Assembly (NCBI GenBank): GCA_028275705.1
Contig: JAPWUD010000004.1
Location: 22,001-86,000, forward strand
DNA length: 64,000 nt
Direction: 5' to 3'
DNA from: Desulfurococcaceae archaeon
GTDB taxonomy: Archaea; Thermoproteota; Thermoprotei_A; Sulfolobales; Desulfurococcaceae
The translations under genes and the position numbers were made by a program. This document shows, in pieces, positions 57,171 to 64,000 of this stretch. The notes under the pieces are model-generated. The model was not told the DNA's origin. It was given only the letters and a program-made list of their open reading frames with translations, and did no database searches. Numbering within the stretch: the stretch's first letter is position 1; the number at the start of each line of letters is the position of its first letter.

Positions 57171-58637
57171 TTGGCGGGAGAATCCATACTATACTCTTGG
57201 ATAGGTGTAGTGCTGTACTTCATATTAATAATTGCTGTAACAATCAAGTACTACGCTAAAATAAAGAGCTTGTCAGACTTCATTGTAGCGGGTAGATCAC
57301 TTGGTTTAGCAATAACATGGGGTTCTATACTAGCTACTTGGTTTTGCTCGGGGACTGCTCTCGGAGGAGCCATGATGGCTTATTTATTTGGGCTACGCGG
57401 GGTTATAATGGATCCTATAGGCTCAGGCCTTTGTGTAGTTATCTTTGGCCTCTTTTTTGCGTCCACGTTGAGGAGACTAAAATACCTGACAATATCAGAC
57501 TTCTTTAGAACTCGCTATGGCCCCGAGATGGAGATAGCCTCTGCAGTTGTCCAAATTCTCGGCTATATTGGCTGGCTTGGAGGCCTCTTAATGGCTCAGA
57601 GCATAGTATTTCAAGTCCTACTAGGCGTTAACTACGAGATAGGGTTATACGCTGCTACAATATTCACAGCAATATATACAGCTCTAGGAGGACTACTGGC
57701 AGTCGCCATATTGGATTTTCTAAGAGTCTTTATATTTTGGATCGCGATGTGGATTCTCCTAGGTATCGGGATAGCCCATGTTGGCGGACTCGGAGCTCTT
57801 GCATCGCTGGGTACTGATGCGTTTTCAATTCTACCGGGGAAGGACCTTGAGTATCTCGGGTATGTTGGTTTCTTTGGAATTCTCTATTATGTTGCTTCAT
57901 GGATCAACCAGGGCTTGGGCTCTTTGTCGTGTCAAGACCTAGTTCAGAGAGCACTATCAGCTAGAGATGAGCGAACAAGTAGAAATGCATCTATCCTTGC
58001 TGGTGTAAGCTACTGGATTATTGGCTTAACGGGTGGGGCCCTTATTGGACTCCTCGGCAGGATCATTGTTCCAAACCTAGAAGATCCATCAATGGTCATG
58101 GTGGCTGTAGCGGAAAAAGTCCTTCCACCAGCTCTCTTCGCGTTATTCATCACTGGGCTATTGGCAACAATTATGAGTTCATCCGACTCCGCGGCCTTAA
58201 TACCTCCATCAATGTTTATCAATAATATTCTTCCATACATGACTAAGAGGGAGATCAGTGAAGCCTTAAAGTTAAGGCTTGTAAGACTACTCACAATAAT
58301 CTCAACAATTGGAGCACTACTAATTGCTCTCTACCTACCGCACCTCTACTTCTTAACCCAGATGGCGTGGTACTTAATGCTCTTTGTTCAAGCAATACCA
58401 TTCATTATGGGCATATACTGGAGGAAAGCCAATAGAATAGGAGCAGTCGCTCAAATGATCTTCAATGTAGTAGCCTGGATAATTCTTGGCACATACTTCT
58501 ATAATCAAACCAACGATGTATGGGCAGCATTCTACATGCCTGGACCTCTCATACTACCAATAGGCTTCATCATATTCGTTGTATTTTCCCTATTAACCCA
58601 GAAATCCCATTCACCTAAACAGCTCACACCACTATAA
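57171..58637 (+). CDS. Sodium:solute symporter (SSF) family transporter
   Basis: 488-aa, ~13-TM protein with SSF-like N-terminal motifs (DFIVAGRSLG). Confidence 0.75.
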   Translation: MAGESILYSWIGVVLYFILIIAVTIKYYAKIKSLSDFIVAGRSLGLAITWGSILATWFCSGTALGGAMMAYLFGLRGVIMDPIGSGLCVVIFGLFFASTLRRLKYLTISDFFRTRYGPEMEIASAVVQILGYIGWLGGLLMAQSIVFQVLLGVNYEIGLYAATIFTAIYTALGGLLAVAILDFLRVFIFWIAMWILLGIGIAHVGGLGALASLGTDAFSILPGKDLEYLGYVGFFGILYYVASWINQGLGSLSCQDLVQRALSARDERTSRNASILAGVSYWIIGLTGGALIGLLGRIIVPNLEDPSMVMVAVAEKVLPPALFALFITGLLATIMSSSDSAALIPPSMFINNILPYMTKREISEALKLRLVRLLTIISTIGALLIALYLPHLYFLTQMAWYLMLFVQAIPFIMGIYWRKANRIGAVAQMIFNVVAWIILGTYFYNQTNDVWAAFYMPGPLILPIGFIIFVVFSLLTQKSHSPKQLTPL

Positions 58638-58639
58638 TT

Positions 58640-58690
58640 CTTGTTTTTAAACATTCATTTTTGTTTTTCAACGTTTTTCATTTTATTTAC
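58640..58690 (+). terminator. Cluster of oligo-T tracts downstream of the symporter gene
   Basis: Four T5 runs within ~50 nt (TGTTTTT, CATTTTT, GTTTTT, CGTTTTT). Archaeal termination typically uses oligo-T. Confidence 0.4.
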
Positions 58691-58899
58691 TCAATGTTTA
58701 TTACGCGGTGATTTTAGGCTACTCATGACGAATGAGTCTTAGGAGTACTTATAACTAGTATACAGGGGCCTCATATTTGTTCATAATGGCTACAGGGATA
58801 GAGAGAAATCGTTGAGGCTGGTTAAGTCGGAATATGAGTATTTCGAGGGTGAGATCGACTTAGAGATTTAATTCCATCTATTTATTCAGGGAGTATTTA

Positions 58900-59260
58900 A
58901 GATGGATAGCTTTGTAGAGGGTGTTAGGGACTCCCTGGAAAGATCAACAGGGAGGAAGTAGGATACAACTTACTAAAATTCTTAGCGAGTAATGGAAGGA
59001 AACTTTATGCACTTAGATATGAAAGAAACGATCTAGGCCTATACACCTTATACTACCTAGAGAGACCCAGGGAAGCCCTCAACTCTAAAAAGCTCTCATC
59101 TAAGACAGCACAGTTGATAAGAATGAAGCTGGCGCACGGAGAAAAAGCAATACTAGTGGCATCAGAGCCATTAACGGAGGAGGAATGGCTGGAAATACCA
59201 AACAAACACATGCTAATAATAGACAGAAGCCTTAAAACGGAAGTAATTGATCTGTCCTGA
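58900..59260 (+). pseudogene. Gene remnant, possibly the C-terminal part of a class-II (YafJ-type) glutamine amidotransferase
   Basis: Start-less frame ...GRKLYALRYERNDLGLYTLYYLERP...GEKAILVASEPLTEEEWLEIPNKHMLIIDRSL... ending at 59260. The upstream part is out of frame. Confidence 0.25.
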
Positions 59261-60278
59261 AGCACTGCATCGATCTAATCCTACACAAGTACAATAAGCT
59301 GTATCACGGAATCAAGGCTTTTATCTATAAGAGTCTATACTTCCAGAGATATTAAGCTGAACAATTTATTAATCAGAGGAGACGCTGGAGATGATGAGAA
59401 AAATGCATCCTAGGCGCAAACTAGAGGAATTGAAAAGGCTTATCGAGGAGGCATTGAGTGCTATGGGTATCAGCGTTGAAGACTTGGTTAGAGATGTAGG
59501 GGAGTCTCGGTGTGAGAGATAACCCGTGGGTCTATGATGGGATGATACATAGTGACTCCAGCTAATAGAAAAATAAACCCCTACAGGTTGAGGAAGACCT
59601 TGGAGAAGCACGTTAATGTCTTAAAGAGGGTTAAGAATAGGAGAGAACCCAGGCCAGGCGATGTGAAGGGTGTTTACCTAGAAGAAGAATTTGAATATCT
59701 TTAATTGGTTTAAATGGTTCCCGGCTTGAATGATACAGTGTTAAACGTTAATAATATACCTCACGATATAATAGCCTAAACGAGTTTTTGAACCAAATGT
59801 CATGATCTGAGATACTGTCTCTAAGAACAAGTGTAGTGGTGGCTATTGAGCGTTCGAAATAAGTACTGAGCGAGTTCGTGGTGGATTAAGTTGAGGAGTA
59901 AATGAAGAGGTATACGTAAGGCGTAGTTTTTGACTTATTATTAATCACGAATATTAAGAAGCCATTGAAATCCCGTATATGCCAGACATCAAGCCTTTCA
60001 ATGAGCCGATCTCCAAGTACATAGCAGATCAACATGGATACTATTCAATGTAAGACGGGGAAGACAATTACAGTTAACGCAGGCGCAACCACTGTGCTGA
60101 GTATTATAGAGCACCCGTTCACTCAACCGCATTCATGATACGAGTTTGAGAATCTAATAGTTGGAGGACAGTTTGCGAAAGACATTAATAGAATACCCGC
60201 AAATCCACGTATACTTAATGCCTTATAAGACCTTAGAGACTTGTTGGCCAATAACGTAGACTCAGTAATGTCCCTGGT

Positions 60279-61190
60279 TCATTGACTACTCGTTGTAGAG
60301 AATACTATTTCGCTCGGCACTACTGTAAATACTATTCCCCTAGCTACTCTAAATTCCACAGGTTCCACGGCTTCTGTTGGTACTAATTCCTCGTATTCCA
60401 ATATGTTTTCCACCCATAACTCGTGTAGTCTCCACAGGTATTCCGCCTCCTCCCTTACAGCTTCTCTCGCTTTTACTCCCAGATCTAGTAGGTCTTTCAG
60501 GGTTATTGCGGCTGAGTGCTGCTTGTAGGAGACTAGTTTATACGCTATTTCCCTGGCTTTCTCTGGGCTCTCCTTGTGCATTCTCCTAGCTAGTACTCTC
60601 CCGCATAGCTCCGCATTGTGCTCTACAGCCCTCTTGTAGTCACCTAGCTCAACAACGGGTATTTTCTCGAGTATGGCCTTGGCTAGTTCACTCGTCAAGC
60701 CCTTCTGGCTCAGAAGGTCTAGTATCTCGAGGATTGACTGTAGTGGTATGTAGCGATCGCCGCGAGAGTCGTAGATGACTGGGTCAACTGGCCCGAGCTC
60801 AGCTACAGGCAACAATACTACTTCGTCGCCTGCGAGAGCTAGTAGTGTTGCAGCGCTCTTAGCGTAGCGTGGAATATAGAAAACCAGCTTCTCCCTGGCT
60901 AAGTCCTGTAGATATGTTGCAAGTATGTATGCTTCATCAATGTCGCCGCCACCACTAAATAGGACTACAGCCAGCTTGTCCACTATACCTAGCTCTCTGA
61001 GAACTGTGTAAATAGAGTCAATAGACCTAGCATTAATATATCTCCGAGGACTATAGAGAACAGGGACTATGGTGAAGCCGCTGGATTCCTCGAGAGCACT
61101 CACAATCTTGGAGGCCCCGTCCACGAAAACCCTGAATGCATGAACCTTCTCAACAACACTGTTGTCAATCAAGACAAGCACCTCCCACAT
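60279..61190 (-). CDS. ClpP/crotonase-fold serine protease of the 'serine dehydrogenase proteinase' (SDH, PF01972-like) family
   Basis: Motif VVLFSGGGDIDEAYILATYL...IPRYAKSAATLLALAGDEVVLLPVAELGPVDP. Confidence 0.6.
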   Translation of the reverse strand: MWEVLVLIDNSVVEKVHAFRVFVDGASKIVSALEESSGFTIVPVLYSPRRYINARSIDSIYTVLRELGIVDKLAVVLFSGGGDIDEAYILATYLQDLAREKLVFYIPRYAKSAATLLALAGDEVVLLPVAELGPVDPVIYDSRGDRYIPLQSILEILDLLSQKGLTSELAKAILEKIPVVELGDYKRAVEHNAELCGRVLARRMHKESPEKAREIAYKLVSYKQHSAAITLKDLLDLGVKAREAVREEAEYLWRLHELWVENILEYEELVPTEAVEPVEFRVARGIVFTVVPSEIVFSTTSSQ

Positions 61191-61627
61191 GGTATATAAT
61201 GCAAACCAGCCGAAATAATTATACTGTTAGGGCGTCGAGTACCATCAAGATCTTCAACCAGATCTAGCGAGAACCCCTTTGAGACTCTTCAACCTGCCTT
61301 CTCTAACTCATTAGTAGGGTTCTCGAGGATCTCTTCGGCTTCCAGCTCTCTCATCTCCAACTCTATAAACCTAACCCCCTCAGGCCAGCTGGCCCTACCT
61401 CTATACTTCTCCCCCAACTCAATCCTCTTCACACCAAAGCTATCATTATCCAGTCACGTCTTGAATAAAGTCCGTATTTAACAATCTCCAGATCCACTCG
61501 CAATTATGTACAAAGAGTAAACGTAGCTGTAAAGCGAAGTACTTTAAGGCATCTCCGATTAGAAAAAGCAAGGCTTTTCATTATTTCCCGTGTTGAGGGG
61601 ATTATTTTAACTGGGTTTAGGGAGTTA

Positions 61628-62173
61628 TTGATTTCTAGGTGGCGTTTATTGGAGATACCGAGCTATAGGGTGGGTGTGGAGTATTTAGATGAGCCTTATA
61701 GAAGCCTGGTTAAGGAGTTGTGTGTGGCTCTTCAAAGAGTCTTCATGGATAAGCTTGTCTCTGTAGTTGTATTTGGCTCTGTTGCTCGTGGCGAGGCTAG
61801 AGTGGATAGTGATGTAGACCTCCTCATAGTTGCCCGGGGCCTGCCGAAGTCGAGGTTTAAGAGGGTTGAGTTATTTGAGAGAGCTGAGGAGCTTGTTGAG
61901 CCCCTTGTCGAGGAGCTCTGGTCTAGAGGCATCTACGTAGACTTCTCACCCATTATTCTAGATGTTGATGAGGCTGTGAGGCATAGGCCAATATACCTAG
62001 ACATGGTTGTCGACGCGGTAATAGTCTTTGACAGAGACGGCTTCTTCAAGGGGGTCTTAGACGACCTCTCCAAGAGATTGAAGACGCTTGGTGCAGAGAG
62101 GAAGAAGATTGGGAGACTCTGGTACTGGGTGTTGAAGAAGGAGTATAGACCAGGAGAGGTGATAGAGATATGA
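61628..62173 (+). CDS. Minimal nucleotidyltransferase (MNT) domain protein, antitoxin-type partner of HEPN
   Basis: Motif FGSVARGEARVDSDVDLLIV. Its stop overlaps the HEPN gene start by 4 nt. Confidence 0.8.
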   Translation: MISRWRLLEIPSYRVGVEYLDEPYRSLVKELCVALQRVFMDKLVSVVVFGSVARGEARVDSDVDLLIVARGLPKSRFKRVELFERAEELVEPLVEELWSRGIYVDFSPIILDVDEAVRHRPIYLDMVVDAVIVFDRDGFFKGVLDDLSKRLKTLGAERKKIGRLWYWVLKKEYRPGEVIEI

Positions 62174-62607
62174 ACAATGTGTCGATGGCGAAATCATACA
62201 TTAGGCAGGCATATGAGAGGTTGAAACACGCTAAGGAAGCTTTAGAGAGTGGGAACTACCCGTATGTTGTTAGACAGTGTCAAGAAGCTGTGGAGTTATT
62301 ATTCAAAGCTTCACTCAGGCTTGTTGGTGTAGAGCCGCCTAAGTGGCATGATGTTGGGCCCGTGCTTAGGAGGGAGGCCCACAGGTTTCCCCATTGGTTT
62401 CAAGAGTTAATACCAAGGTATGCGAGGATCTCTAGGAAACTAAGGAGGGAGAGAGAACCATCTATGTATGGAGATGAAGAGTCTGGTACTCCTCCAGAGG
62501 AGCTCTACGACGCTGAGGATTCCAGAGAAGCTTTGTCATGGACTATTGAAGTGTTGGAATCTGTTGCAAAGCTATTCAAGGAGTTGACTAGTCAAGAACC
62601 CATATAG
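62170..62607 (+). CDS. HEPN domain protein
   Basis: 145-aa helical protein, typical start (AKSYIRQAYERLKHAKEALESGNY) and HEPN-MNT gene pairing. Confidence 0.75.
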   Translation: MNNVSMAKSYIRQAYERLKHAKEALESGNYPYVVRQCQEAVELLFKASLRLVGVEPPKWHDVGPVLRREAHRFPHWFQELIPRYARISRKLRREREPSMYGDEESGTPPEELYDAEDSREALSWTIEVLESVAKLFKELTSQEPI

Positions 62608-62669
62608 CGGGATTTTCACGATTTGTACTCGAAGTCCTCGCTTCTAGGAGTGGTTAATGTGTTTATTGT

Positions 62670-63118
62670 TTATAGTAGGCACTCTGCGTTTAATTGTTCT
62701 TCTCTAGCTACTTTACACAGCGTTTGATCAGCTGTGTAGAATTCACTCGTTTTGACCTCCCTAGCTGATACTAATTGGAGTGCGTCTGCTTGGTGTATAT
62801 GGTACTTCTCTATTAACCCCATGTCTTAGCGATTAAAGCTAATTTAACTGGTATTACTCTGAGTACTCTGAGTTTCAGCATTTTCATTGTCTCACCGAGA
62901 AACTCTAGTCTAGCAAGCTCATAGTCTCCTCTACTTAACCACCCATGCATATAGTACTTGTCAAGCACTCCTAATACCTCACCTATGTTCCACACTGAGT
63001 AAGCGATTTTCAAGTCTCCAAGCCATGCCTTGGAGTATAGTTGTGCAACAACATCACTGCCCGCCTCTTAAATATACCGCTTGACAATAGCACTCGTATC
63101 CAGGCACACTGTCTTCAT
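62670..63118 (-). pseudogene. vapC: PIN-domain (VapC-type) toxin gene with an in-frame stop and a frameshift
   Basis: MKTVCLDTSAIVKRYI*EAGSDVV...KIAYSVWNIGEVLG...AKTWG*, then a shift to GLIEKYHIHQADALQLVSAREVKTSEFYTADQTLCKVAREEQL. PIN acidic-residue pattern (D at LDTS, ADALQ, TAD). Confidence 0.55.
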
Positions 63119-63435
63119 GTCCTCTCATTCCTTAACTCTCTAACAACTCTGCCTGCATTGGTCTCGACTAGGGGTTTAATTGGCTTAACCTCTATTGGTG
63201 GTATTACACCTAGTAGCCCCCGAATAGCATCTGCAACGTAGTCCTCTGAAAGCTCTTCTCTAATAACCTCCTCAATAGCCCTACTAACCTCCTCAACACC
63301 CTCCTCTAAGAGCCTAGCTTTAAACCTACTCCACAGCTCTCTATCAATAACAATAGTGGTCTTAACTCTGTCAACCAACCATATCGCCTTATAAAAGTAT
63401 ATACTTATAGATGTATATAAATCTAAAACAGACAT
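63115..63435 (-). CDS. VapB-type antitoxin candidate
   Basis: The segment KTTIVIDRELWSRFKA resembles VapB/RHH-type antitoxin N-termini. It overlaps the vapC start by 4 nt. The true start is probably internal (TTG at 63378). Confidence 0.5.
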   Translation of the reverse strand: MSVLDLYTSISIYFYKAIWLVDRVKTTIVIDRELWSRFKARLLEEGVEEVSRAIEEVIREELSEDYVADAIRGLLGVIPPIEVKPIKPLVETNAGRVVRELRNERT

Positions 63436-63704
63436 TACTTCGAGTAATTCGAGAGTAGAGTAGAATAAATCAACATGACTACAAAGCCCCTCGGGAACAA
63501 GCCGGACAACAATGCAAGAGCCCCAGCCACAGTGCCCATTACGAGTATCATTAGGCTACATGCACTGTAGTCGCACCACAGGAATATAACAGCTAGGAAC
63601 AAGTAAAACATGTGCCTAACCCTGAGGAAACCCCAGACACGCTCATTCAAGACACTGACATCACATATATACACAAATCTATGGTGGCGGGACTCAAAAG
63701 ACAC
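63435..63704 (-). CDS. Small hypothetical membrane protein
   Basis: 89-aa ORF with two hydrophobic helices. No motif. Confidence 0.3.
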   Translation of the reverse strand: MSFESRHHRFVYICDVSVLNERVWGFLRVRHMFYLFLAVIFLWCDYSACSLMILVMGTVAGALALLSGLFPRGFVVMLIYSTLLSNYSK

Positions 63705-64000
63705 GACTATCCTCTAGATATATCTAGTACTTAAATAACAGAGGTCGGAGTGAAACCTCAAAGATCACATGGCCACATAGCATTTGAGATCTGAGTCAAA
63801 TAAACCACGGTAAGCGGGGTTTTATAGTCGTGTTTCAAAGCCCGTGGATTTTCCACGTCCTTACAATGATCTTCAATGGAGCTCTCCATGATCTTCAATT
63901 GAAAAGCCAAGGTCAGTTTTCAAAACAAACATTTCCGCGGCAGATTGTCCATTGCAGTAGAGTTAGGTAATGGAGAGGGGTTTATATATCTAACAGTCTT

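Noticed and set aside
61262-61440. Start-less or GTG-initiated ~47-aa minus-strand frame (KRIELGEKYRGRASWPEGVRFIELEMRELEAEEILENPTNELEKAG)
   Set aside because: It is preceded by a stop, has only a GTG start and no recognisable family. It may be another remnant, but there is not enough evidence to call it.

Overview
The window looks like a chromosomal segment from a hyperthermophilic crenarchaeon (Thermoproteota). This is inferred from an Orc1/Cdc6 gene, an intron-containing tRNA-His with an encoded G-1, exported proteins with Thr-rich stalks and TM anchors, and G+C-rich RNA-like islands in an A+T-rich background.

Most of the window is ordinary metabolic and transport coding sequence:
- M24 peptidase, IMPase-family phosphatase and Orc1/Cdc6.
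- A Liv-type amino-acid ABC operon with pyrK-pyrD embedded in it.
- A NitT/TauT-type ABC system.
- Two anchored exo-hydrolases (PHP/CehA-like and NPP/AlkP-like) and a DapA-family aldolase.
- galK-galT.
- A sugar ABC system with two tandem FucI/AraA-like isomerase paralogs.
- An M55 / APC permease / M19 peptide-utilisation cluster.
- A B12-radical SAM enzyme, a formamidase, an orphan hisD with an SSF symporter, and a small toxin-antitoxin island (MNT-HEPN and a decayed VapBC).

The least ordinary observations are:
1. A family of G+C-rich, hairpin-rich repeats of about 300 bp. There are two full copies, one truncated copy, one tail fragment and one diverged copy that interrupts a gene. Compensatory substitutions occur between copies. 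This is a candidate novel structured ncRNA or a SINE/MITE-like element.
2. A PadR / MacB-type ATPase / 1558-aa repeat surface protein / FtsX permease cluster carrying two copies of a TATGTCT-NN-AGACATA operator.
3. A membrane-anchored archaeal serpin.
4. A PD-(D/E)XK-type protein with 13 perfect Trp-containing heptads encoded by a 273-bp array of 21-bp repeats.
5. A decayed region at about 21-23.5 kb with two pseudogenes.

No CRISPR array, rRNA, transposase or integrase gene was seen. All homology calls come from motif recognition by eye. No database search was run.
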